36,609 nucleotides of DNA from the NCBI GenBank assembly GCA_964467565.1, contig CAYXRB010000009.1, positions 5,909 to 42,517 on the forward strand, in the 5' to 3' direction. This DNA comes from an uncultured Pseudomonadales bacterium (GTDB taxonomy: Bacteria > Patescibacteriota > Microgenomatia > UBA1400 > RBG-16-45-19). Positions 8,414-16,704 of this stretch are shown piece by piece. The position numbers were made by a program, and so were the translations under genes. Every line of letters begins with the position of its first letter. Position 1 is the first letter of the stretch. The notes beneath the pieces are model-generated. The model had not been told where the DNA came from. It did not search any database and saw only the letters and a list, made by a program, of their open reading frames with translations.

Positions 8414-9613
8414 TTACCCTATTTTAACGCGTTTAAAAGTATTCTTGCCAAACTTAATAGTATCACCGTTTTTGGGCGTGAAGATAGCTTGAGGAGTATC
8501 AATTTTTTTACCGTTATACTCTACCCCACCCTGTTCGATGGTGCGTTTAACTTGAGAAATAGAGATACCTAAATTTGCAATTTTCAAAATATCGAGTAAC
8601 GATACTTCTTTTTGTGAAAGTGTGATTTGATCTTTTTCCGTGAGGTTTAGGCTTTGAACATTCCTGTCTTGATGCGCGGTAGTAAAGAAGGCTTGAGCTG
8701 CTTGGGCTGCCTGATGTGAGTGCAACTCAGTCACAACGGCTGAGGCCAGAATCTTTTTTGCCTCGAGAGGATGGAGGTCGTTTGATTTTAGATTTGCAGC
8801 GATTTGATTTACTTGTGACATGGGGAGGTTGGTGACAAGAGTAAGATAGTCGATGATTTGATTATCACCGATACCCATAAGTTTTCTATACATGTCATTT
8901 GGCTCATCATTTAGCCAGACACAATTTCCACTAGTCTTGCTCATAGTTTTGCCGTCTGTCCCCATAATCATGGGGAGAGTCATGACGAACTTGTCGTGAT
9001 GATTTATTTTGTGCTGTAATTCCCGCCCAATGAGCATGTTAAATTCTTGATCGGTGCCGCCGATTTCTAAATCCACGTCCATAACCACTGAATCATAACC
9101 TTGTAAAAGCGGGTACATGGTTTCGTGGTACCACACCGTATCACCCCGTTTGATTCTTCTAGTGAATGATTCGCGTTTAAAAAGTTGGACTGCCGAGATA
9201 TGAGAAGCGATGCCAACTATTTCTTTTAATGTTAGCGGGGAGAGCCATTCATGATTACGTTTAATGGTAATTTTTGAAAAATCGACAATAGGTTTGACTT
9301 GGTTTTGCCAATCTTTAATATTTTCGTCGATTTCGGATTGGGTGATGAGGGTCCGCCCTGTATCACGCTGTGATGGATCGCCGACCAACACGGTGCCAGT
9401 GCCAAAAAGAAATATGACCTCATGACCGGCTTGAGCAAACGCCATAAGCTGTCGCAGACCAATGCTGTGACCCAAATGAAGACGGGTGCCTGTGGGATCA
9501 AAACCTTGATAAACTTTGAGTTTCCCTTTTTTGGCAATCTGATCTTCTAAACCTGTTTTAGAAGGAAGGATTTTTTCGACCCGGCGTGAGAGTAAATCAT
9601 TTGAGAATACCAT
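8414..9613 (-). CDS. tyrS: Tyrosyl-tRNA synthetase with a C-terminal S4 domain
   Basis: HIGH-type motif HLGH and KMSKS-type motif KMSKT are present, plus GFDPTG and an S4-like C-terminus (SQVKRTIEQGGVEYNG). ATG at 9613 is preferred over the TTG at 9634. Confidence 0.95.
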   Translation of the reverse strand: MVFSNDLLSRRVEKILPSKTGLEDQIAKKGKLKVYQGFDPTGTRLHLGHSIGLRQLMAFAQAGHEVIFLFGTGTVLVGDPSQRDTGRTLITQSEIDENIKDWQNQVKPIVDFSKITIKRNHEWLSPLTLKEIVGIASHISAVQLFKRESFTRRIKRGDTVWYHETMYPLLQGYDSVVMDVDLEIGGTDQEFNMLIGRELQHKINHHDKFVMTLPMIMGTDGKTMSKTSGNCVWLNDEPNDMYRKLMGIGDNQIIDYLTLVTNLPMSQVNQIAANLKSNDLHPLEAKKILASAVVTELHSHQAAQAAQAFFTTAHQDRNVQSLNLTEKDQITLSQKEVSLLDILKIANLGISISQVKRTIEQGGVEYNGKKIDTPQAIFTPKNGDTIKFGKNTFKRVKIG

Positions 9614-10227
9614 AATAGCCACATTATACCCCAAGGGGGCTGAGATACGCAGAAAAAAACGAGTGAGGCGCGAGATAGGTATTCACCGGTATTGGTATCG
9701 AGAACGACTTTTTCACCCACTTTGATAAATAAGGGTGCCTGGACTCTGATGCCGGTTTCGAGTGTGACTTCTTTTTTAGGAGCGTTGACCCGGTTGCCGG
9801 CTACGGCATCGGGGCTTTGAATGACACTTAGGGTAACGTGGGGAGGTAAGCTAACACCGATCACAGCATCGTCATAAAAGAGAATACTACAGGTAGTTTC
9901 GGGGACTAAATACCCTTCTTTGCCATCAAATAACGAAACGGGTACGTTCACCTGGTCATAACTCCTGGGATCCATGAACACCAAATCATCGCTGTCACGG
10001 TAGAGATACTGCATTTCTTTTTTATCGACTTCGGCTTGTTCAACTTGTTCAGAGGTTTTATAGGTAAAATCGGCAACGCTACCCGTGCGGACATGACGTA
10101 GCCGCACACGCATGATGGCTGCGCCCTTACCCGGGTTCATAAATTCTGTTTTGGTGACGTAATGAGGGGCATTTTTAAACATAATAAAAATGCCCTTACT
10201 TATATTGCCCGCTTTGATTGATGCCAT
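9547..10227 (-). CDS. efp: Elongation factor P, with a non-canonical 39-codon C-terminal extension
   Basis: MASIKAGNISKG...MNPGKGAAIMRVRLR (PGKG loop with the modifiable Lys)...DTNTGEYLSRA is a canonical 187-aa EF-P. The reading frame then stays open to 9547. Confidence 0.9.
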   Translation of the reverse strand: MASIKAGNISKGIFIMFKNAPHYVTKTEFMNPGKGAAIMRVRLRHVRTGSVADFTYKTSEQVEQAEVDKKEMQYLYRDSDDLVFMDPRSYDQVNVPVSLFDGKEGYLVPETTCSILFYDDAVIGVSLPPHVTLSVIQSPDAVAGNRVNAPKKEVTLETGIRVQAPLFIKVGEKVVLDTNTGEYLSRASLVFFCVSQPPWGIMWLLWYSQMIYSHAGSKKSFLLKQV

Positions 10228-10309
10228 ACTAATTAAAATTTTAAACTTAAGACCCAAATAATCTAAATTATCGATATTAAATTCCAATAAAATAACGCGA
10301 CGACGTATT

Positions 10310-11362
10310 TTACTCTAGATTAAACAGTTCGGCTACCGGAAAGAATAACGTATCGGAAATGGAAGGGACATCGGCGAGGAGCATGATTAGCCGGTCGACA
10401 CCCACAGCAATACCCGCTGCCGGGGGGACCCCTTCTTTAAGTGCTAATATAAAGTCTTGGTCCATTGGAAACTCGATTTTGCCAAGTTGTTTTCGCTCTT
10501 CTAAGTCTTTTTTTAAGCGTGTTTCCTGTTCTTGCCAGTCGTTGAGTTCGGTAAAAGCGTTACCCAGCTCAAGGCCTGCTAATAACACTTCAAAACGTTG
10601 GGCAAGACGAGGATCAGAGGCTTTTTTTTGAGATAAGGAGGCTTGGGATACAGGATAGTCGTACAGTATGACTGGCTTTTTAAGTTCCTGGAGGGCGGGT
10701 TCTATCTCATTGAATAGGATTTGATAAAACATTTGCTCCCATGTGGTTTGGTCGTCTTGCTGGTATCCCTTGTTACGGTGTATGACCCTAAGCTTAGTTT
10801 CTTCAAGTAAGGATTCTAGGTTGATATTGGCATACTGTTGAAAAGCTTGGGCAATAGATAGGCGTAGCCATGGTTTAGATACGTCATAGACCTCTTTTTG
10901 GTAGGTGAATTGCTGTGGATCGCAGTGGGGTTGGATGGAATTGAGCAAGAAGAGAAAGAGATCTTCAAAATCAGCCATTATATGAGTGTAATCAGCGTGG
11001 ATACGGTACCACTCGAGCATGGTGAACTCATGGTTATGAGAACGACTCGCATTTTCTTCATTCCTAAAGACTTTGGTAATTTCGAATATATTGCCCAGAC
11101 CGGCAGCTAACAATTTTTTGAGCGAATATTCAGGACTACTGATTAAAAAAGCCCGGCGTGACTGGCCTGTATGGGTTTTAAGGGTTGATTCAAAAAATTC
11201 TAGATTTGGTTCACAACTAGGGATGGGAACGAGTATGGGGGTACTACATTCATGAAAATGAGCATTTTTGAAATACGTACGAATACCGTCAAGTACTTGT
11301 TCGCGGATTAAATATTGCGGAATTAAGTGTGGACTTTTTTTTAATTTTTGCCAAGTTTTCAT
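10310..11362 (-). CDS. epmA: EF-P-lysine lysyltransferase (EpmA/PoxA/GenX): a class II LysRS catalytic-core paralog without an anticodon-binding domain
   Basis: SPEYSLKKLL, FRNEENASRSHNHEFTMLEWYR and motif-3-like GIAVGVDRLIML match the remembered E. coli EpmA (SPEYHMKRLL, FRNEE.G..HNPEFTMLEWYR). At 350 aa it has no N-terminal OB domain. It is adjacent to efp. Confidence 0.8.
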   Translation of the reverse strand: MKTWQKLKKSPHLIPQYLIREQVLDGIRTYFKNAHFHECSTPILVPIPSCEPNLEFFESTLKTHTGQSRRAFLISSPEYSLKKLLAAGLGNIFEITKVFRNEENASRSHNHEFTMLEWYRIHADYTHIMADFEDLFLFLLNSIQPHCDPQQFTYQKEVYDVSKPWLRLSIAQAFQQYANINLESLLEETKLRVIHRNKGYQQDDQTTWEQMFYQILFNEIEPALQELKKPVILYDYPVSQASLSQKKASDPRLAQRFEVLLAGLELGNAFTELNDWQEQETRLKKDLEERKQLGKIEFPMDQDFILALKEGVPPAAGIAVGVDRLIMLLADVPSISDTLFFPVAELFNLE

Positions 11363-11363
11363 G

Positions 11364-11807
11364 TTATCCTTCCAGAATATAGGTTACAGGCCCATTTAAA
11401 TTAAGGGTAAGGTGCATGTGGGAGGCAAAAATGCCAGACGCGACCTTTTCTGTGCCTAAAGCATCATTTAACTGAGTTATAAAGAGATCAAATAAGGAAT
11501 TTGCGTAATTGGCTTTGGCGGCATTACTAAATTCCGGTCTTAAAGCCCCATCGGTCGATCCTAGGAGGGTGAAGTTTGGGATAACCAAAACTGAGCTTCG
11601 ACTTTGTAAAAGATTGTGATTAAGCTTGCCTAAATCATCTGGGATAATTCGGAGTGTCACTAATCGTTGACACACTGTTTTGGTGGAGGCGGGGGTATCA
11701 CTTCGGGCGAAACCCACGAGAACACATAAACCCTGGCCAATACCTGCGACCTTAGTTTCATTAACCATAACACTGGCACTGCTGACATACTGGACGACGA
11801 GTTTCAT
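11364..11807 (-). CDS. dtd: D-aminoacyl-tRNA deacylase
   Basis: MKLVVQYVSSASVMV...IGQGLCVLVGF... and the C-terminal NLNGPVTYILE (GPVT motif) are present. Start at 11807. Confidence 0.9.
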   Translation of the reverse strand: MKLVVQYVSSASVMVNETKVAGIGQGLCVLVGFARSDTPASTKTVCQRLVTLRIIPDDLGKLNHNLLQSRSSVLVIPNFTLLGSTDGALRPEFSNAAKANYANSLFDLFITQLNDALGTEKVASGIFASHMHLTLNLNGPVTYILEG

Positions 11808-11855
11808 ACAACTCAACTTAATGACTAAGACAGGAATTATTATACTTGCAATGGT

Positions 11856-14615
11856 ATGCTAAAACTTATGAGAGACGAATTTAAATCGAGTGAACCAACA
11901 GAAAACGGTGAAAGCGGAGTACAAAACCAAGAATTCTACTACTATAATAAAAATCTAGAGGGTGGAAAGGGCTGGTACAATAAGCTGATGTCGGGATTTA
12001 ATCGATTGAAGAGAAAATGGCGGGCTTATAGAACGAGAGGAAATACCCGTGGGTTTTGGGCAAGCCAACTGGGCCGGGCAAAACTATGGCGGAATCTGGC
12101 ATTGGCTGGTTTGGTTATGGTGGTCGCCGGTACATTGATGACGGCCGCACTATTTGCTTGGTATGCCCGAGATTTACCTCAGCCAGATAAGATTGTTCGA
12201 CGGGAAGGATTTTCCACAAAAATTTTAGATAGAGAGGGTGAGTTACTGTACGAAGTATTCGCCGACCAGCAAAGGACCAACGTTACATTGGAGCAGGTAC
12301 CAACCTATTTAGAACAAGCGACTCTGGCGATTGAAGATAAAAATTTTTACTCACATACCGGTTTTGATTTAAAAGGATGGTTACGATCTTTGTGGACAAT
12401 AATTACCCAAAGACGTTTAGTAGGTGGATCGACACTAACCCAACAATTAGTAAAAAATGTGCTCTTAACTCAAGAAAAAACGTTACCCAGAAAGATAAAA
12501 GAATTTATATTGGCGGTGCAAATTGAAAGTAAATACAGCAAGGACGAAATTCTACAAATGTATCTAAATGAAGCACCATACGGCGGCACCGCATGGGGGG
12601 TGTCGACAGCAGCGCAAACGTATTTTGGAAAAGACGTCTCAGAATTAGATTTGATAGAAAGCGCAATTTTGGCGGGCATGCCACAATTACCTTCGGTGTA
12701 TACGCCTTTTGGCAAAAACCCGACTGCATATATTGGCAGAACAGAGAACGTGCTAAGAAGAATGAGGGAAGACGGACACATAACTCCGGAGCAGGAAGCG
12801 TCGGCAGCGGCCTCACTGTCTAGTGTGCAGTTTTCAGGCGGATACACCAGTATTAAAGCTCCCCATTTTGTATTATATGTAAAAGATATTCTGGAAGAGA
12901 TGTATGGTGAATCGTTAGTGGAAAAGGGTGGTTTGAGCGTAACGACTACACTGGATTATGAATTACACCAAGAAGCCCAGACGATAGTAACCGAAGAAAT
13001 TGATAAGGCTGAAAATTTGGGAATTGGAAATGGGGCGGCGATGGTCATTAACCCGGTGACTGGTGAGATCCTGTCAATGGTAGGCAGTAAAGATTTTTTC
13101 GCTGATGACTATGACGGTCAAGTTAACGTGACCCTTTCGGAAAGACAACCCGGATCGGCGATTAAACCCGTGACCTATTTAACCGGTTTTATGAAAGGGT
13201 ATACGCCTGCGACCATGTTAATGGATGTACCAACGGAGTTCCCGAGTGGGGACGGCGAACCCTACACACCCCAGAATTACGACGGTCAGTACAGGGGACC
13301 GGTGCAATTACGATTCGCCCTCGGGTCCTCCTTGAATGTTCCAGCTGTAAAACTGTTGGCACTCGTGGGGGTTAAGGATATGTTGCAGGTGGCTTACGAT
13401 ATGGGACTGAAGACCCTGGAACCTACACCGGAGAACTTAGCCCGGTTTGGTTTAGCAGTTACTTTGGGTGGTGGCGAGGTGCGATTGCTTGATTTGGCTA
13501 CTGCTTACAGTGCATTTGCCAATAGCGGGAAAGTGGTGGAGCCGGTTTCAATTTTGAAAGTAGAAGACCAAGAAGGTAAATTGCTGTATGAACACAAACA
13601 AGTTGAAGGCAGAAGGGTGATGAAAGAAAGTGAAGCTTTTTTGGTTAACCATGTACTCATGGATAATAATGCCAGATTACTAACTTTTGGACCGAATAGT
13701 TATTTAAATTTGGGTAATCGGAATGTGTCGGTAAAAACCGGAACAACTAATGATCGGCGTGATAACTGGACAATCGGTTGGGGAAGCAGTGTTCTGGTGG
13801 GAGTATGGGTAGGGAATAATGACAATTCACCGATGAAAAATGTGGCCTCGGGAGTGAGTGGTGCGTCGCCGATTTGGAGGCGGATTATCTTAAAGGCAAT
13901 TGATAAATACCCGATTAAAAATTGGCCTGTACCCGGAGATGTTGAAGCAAGAAAAGTAGATGTGGTTTCGGGATACCCTGAGCACGACGGGTTTGCGTCA
14001 AGAACAGAATACGTTATTAAAGGTACGTTGCCGACGACGCCGGACCCGATCCATGCCAAGCTAAAGTTATGCAGAGGCCAAAATAAACTGGCAACACCGG
14101 TAGATATTCAACGAAACGAGTTTGAAGAAAAGGAATACTATGTATTTACAGAAGATACCGTGATTGGGACAGCGCCTTCTTGGCAAAAAGGAATCGATGC
14201 GTGGTTGGCTGGTCAGGGAGATGAAAAATATAAACCACCCACAGAACTATGTGATACCCAAAATGAGATTATTGTGGGATTTGACGATCCTAAGAATGAA
14301 AACACCTATCAGGAAACCTCGATACCGGTCCGCATTCGAGTAGTGACTTCGGGTGAGATGGATAAAGTAGAGATATTTGTAAACGGGTCTTTAAGAGAAA
14401 CTTTAACGGCACGTCCGTATGAAACAACTCTCGATTTACCCCGAAATACCTATACACTACGAGCAAGGGCGATTCGAAAAGATGGTAAAAGCGCGGAAAC
14501 GGGTGATTTTAGAATTGGAACCGGGGGTATGGATTGGAACGGAAATTCTCCCACACCTACTGCAGCTGCCACCCCAACCCAGATAATCACCCCTTCTCCT
14601 TCAATTACCCCTTAG
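11856..14615 (+). CDS. Class A penicillin-binding protein (PBP1A type; GT51 transglycosylase plus transpeptidase) with a C-terminal Ig-like region and Pro/Thr tail
   Basis: GT51 motifs EDKNFYSHTGFD and GGSTLTQQLVKN are present. Transpeptidase motifs are SAIK (SxxK), SLN (SxN) and KTGTT. It has an N-terminal TM helix and ends with the low-complexity stretch PTPTAAATPTQIITPSPSITP. Confidence 0.9.
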   Translation: MLKLMRDEFKSSEPTENGESGVQNQEFYYYNKNLEGGKGWYNKLMSGFNRLKRKWRAYRTRGNTRGFWASQLGRAKLWRNLALAGLVMVVAGTLMTAALFAWYARDLPQPDKIVRREGFSTKILDREGELLYEVFADQQRTNVTLEQVPTYLEQATLAIEDKNFYSHTGFDLKGWLRSLWTIITQRRLVGGSTLTQQLVKNVLLTQEKTLPRKIKEFILAVQIESKYSKDEILQMYLNEAPYGGTAWGVSTAAQTYFGKDVSELDLIESAILAGMPQLPSVYTPFGKNPTAYIGRTENVLRRMREDGHITPEQEASAAASLSSVQFSGGYTSIKAPHFVLYVKDILEEMYGESLVEKGGLSVTTTLDYELHQEAQTIVTEEIDKAENLGIGNGAAMVINPVTGEILSMVGSKDFFADDYDGQVNVTLSERQPGSAIKPVTYLTGFMKGYTPATMLMDVPTEFPSGDGEPYTPQNYDGQYRGPVQLRFALGSSLNVPAVKLLALVGVKDMLQVAYDMGLKTLEPTPENLARFGLAVTLGGGEVRLLDLATAYSAFANSGKVVEPVSILKVEDQEGKLLYEHKQVEGRRVMKESEAFLVNHVLMDNNARLLTFGPNSYLNLGNRNVSVKTGTTNDRRDNWTIGWGSSVLVGVWVGNNDNSPMKNVASGVSGASPIWRRIILKAIDKYPIKNWPVPGDVEARKVDVVSGYPEHDGFASRTEYVIKGTLPTTPDPIHAKLKLCRGQNKLATPVDIQRNEFEEKEYYVFTEDTVIGTAPSWQKGIDAWLAGQGDEKYKPPTELCDTQNEIIVGFDDPKNENTYQETSIPVRIRVVTSGEMDKVEIFVNGSLRETLTARPYETTLDLPRNTYTLRARAIRKDGKSAETGDFRIGTGGMDWNGNSPTPTAAATPTQIITPSPSITP

Positions 14616-14621
14616 AAATTT

Positions 14622-16664
14622 CTAAATCTGGCCAACTAACTGTGCGTTAAATTGAGTCTGGGCAGTATTGACAATTTTTTTTCTGATAGGGGCAACAGTT
14701 TCATCGGTAAGGTTTGTTGAACTGATTACGTTGGGGTCCCGGTAGATTATGGTAAGAGTGTAATTCTGCTGGTATTGTGTTTTTAAGACCACGGATGAAA
14801 TATGTTCATGAGCTGACAGGATGGTTTGGATAAATGGACCTATGTAGGTTTTAACGGGCAGAGTAAAAGTGAGGTCTTCAATAACTGGAGGGTTAACCGG
14901 AATAGGATCAAAGTGATGAACACCTATTACATTTTGAGATAGGAGGGAAAAATTTATTTCACTGCCAAAAACTGGACCTTCAAGTTTGAAATTTTCGAGG
15001 ACTATTGCATTGATTCTACCTAGGAAACCAATAGGTGTGGATCCCACAAATAGCTGTGCGGTTGCACGGGGGTCAAAAAGTGTGGGTGTTGCTTTGGTGG
15101 GTGAAAAAGTGACGGTAAGCTTTAAATGTTTAAATAGTGATTCCAGATGGCCTTTAAACTGGTCGTATTCAAGACTTTGCCCAACGAGACCGAGAGTTGA
15201 GACTTCGAGAGGGTTTTGATGGCTGCTGTTGGAGGTGTAGGTATTTGCCAGTTCAAACAATCGATGCGGCGGTGAGGTTAGGCCGCGATTAAACGAAAGA
15301 TTTTCGAGTAAACTTGGCAGAAGGAGTTGGCGCATCGAGGTGTATTCATCGGATAGCGGATTGGTTAGATTAAAGGTATTTTTAAGGGTGATCCCCGACT
15401 TTTGGGCTAGTGTTTTACCGATTAAGGCATGGTTGTACATTTCGGTAAAACCGGTATGACTTAAAAAAATTCTCGCCGTGGTTTCATGGCGCAGTAACGG
15501 ATCAGTAGTGGAGTGAATGAGCGTGGTGGGGGGGATTTCAGAGGGTAGACGAAAGTAACCGTAGACGCGCATGACTTCTTCGGCGATATCTTCTTTTATA
15601 TTGATATCGTGTTGTCTGTGACTGGGAATAGTGCAGACTATTTGATCGGAATCTATTTGGGGTGAAAAGTGAAGCCTGCTTAAGATTGACACTATTTTGT
15701 CATCAGGCAGATTCACACCGGCAAAAGATTTTACCCAATTAGGCTCAAACGAAATACCTTTAGGTTTGTACGGTGACGGGTAGATATCAAGTATTTTTGA
15801 AGTTGGTTTAGCATTAGCCCGCTGCATGAGCATTCTAGCGCCTGCGATGAGTGTGGGTAATACCATTTCGGGATCCGGTTGTTTTTCAAAGAGTTGGGCG
15901 GCGAGCGTTCTTTCACCCGTGTAAAGGGAAGTGCGGCGAATTCGTTTGGGATCATATGTTTGGACGAACAGAAGTATATTTTTTGTGTTTGAGTTAACTG
16001 CGGATAATCCGCCACCCATAATGCCACACAAGTCGATGAGCCTACCCTGGCCATCTTCGATAACAATGTCGCCACCTTTTAAGTTATGGGTCCTGCCGTC
16101 TAGAGTGATGAGCTTCTCCCCTTGCCTACTCTCACGGACGATCATGGTGGCTCTTTTGATTAAGTCAAGGCCACAGCCATGGACCGGTTGGCCGTATAAA
16201 AGAGTTAGTTCATTAGAAATATCGACGACGTTATCAATGGGTCGTTGATCGGTTAAATTAAGCCAAGATTGGGTTTGCTGGGGAGACGGTTTAATGGTGA
16301 TATTGGTCAAACTTATGCAGGTAAAGCGGCGGACTAGAGATTTATCTTTTATCACAACTTTGACAGGGTCATGGCTGGGAAGAACACCAAGTGATGTGGT
16401 CGTTTCCTTAAAGGGATCGTTGATAATTTCGGTTTTATATTCAAACTCAGGTAAAATGGCGTGGGCTTCGCGGGCTATGCCATAGGCTGAGGCAGTGTCG
16501 ACGCGGTTAGTGATAACTTCGATATGGTAGATCCAATCATCAGAGATTTTTTCGAGCTTATCCACCGTGGGGCCGCATAAGGAAAGGCTTTTAGCAATTT
16601 TTTCGGGAGCGGCACTAGTCTTAAGAAATTGCGTTAGAGCTGAGTGAGGGATTTTTATATCCAT
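14622..16664 (-). CDS. pheT: Phenylalanyl-tRNA synthetase beta subunit (short form lacking the N-terminal OB-fold tRNA-binding B2 domain)
   Basis: B1-like start MDIKIPHSALTQFL is followed within about 50 aa by EVITNRVDTASAYGIAREA (the TPNR.D motif that follows B2 in long PheTs). B3/4, B5, B6/7 and a C-terminal FDX-ACB-like region are present. It sits immediately downstream of pheS. Confidence 0.9.
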   Translation of the reverse strand: MDIKIPHSALTQFLKTSAAPEKIAKSLSLCGPTVDKLEKISDDWIYHIEVITNRVDTASAYGIAREAHAILPEFEYKTEIINDPFKETTTSLGVLPSHDPVKVVIKDKSLVRRFTCISLTNITIKPSPQQTQSWLNLTDQRPIDNVVDISNELTLLYGQPVHGCGLDLIKRATMIVRESRQGEKLITLDGRTHNLKGGDIVIEDGQGRLIDLCGIMGGGLSAVNSNTKNILLFVQTYDPKRIRRTSLYTGERTLAAQLFEKQPDPEMVLPTLIAGARMLMQRANAKPTSKILDIYPSPYKPKGISFEPNWVKSFAGVNLPDDKIVSILSRLHFSPQIDSDQIVCTIPSHRQHDINIKEDIAEEVMRVYGYFRLPSEIPPTTLIHSTTDPLLRHETTARIFLSHTGFTEMYNHALIGKTLAQKSGITLKNTFNLTNPLSDEYTSMRQLLLPSLLENLSFNRGLTSPPHRLFELANTYTSNSSHQNPLEVSTLGLVGQSLEYDQFKGHLESLFKHLKLTVTFSPTKATPTLFDPRATAQLFVGSTPIGFLGRINAIVLENFKLEGPVFGSEINFSLLSQNVIGVHHFDPIPVNPPVIEDLTFTLPVKTYIGPFIQTILSAHEHISSVVLKTQYQQNYTLTIIYRDPNVISSTNLTDETVAPIRKKIVNTAQTQFNAQLVGQI

Positions 16665-16704
16665 ACATGTCAAAATCTAAATTTTAATGCATAAAATTAA
16701 AACA

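Noticed and set aside
9623-9628. A TATAAT box 9 nt upstream of the tyrS ATG, suggesting a leaderless tyrS mRNA.
   Set aside because: There is no recognisable -35 element (TGCGTA at 17 nt). The box lies inside the efp read-through frame. It is mentioned under the efp finding but not called as a feature.
12470-12847. Antisense or alternative-frame ORFs of 60-125 aa inside large genes. Examples: 12470-12847, 12505-12816, 13700-14059, 15731-16075, 15931-16248, 21731-22096, 35665-36024, 7352-7621, 9232-9537.
   Set aside because: Each lies entirely within a well-supported gene with clear family motifs (PBP1A, pheT, thrS, GT2, recG, tyrS). Their translations are low-complexity or Ser/Leu/Arg-rich, typical of shadow ORFs.
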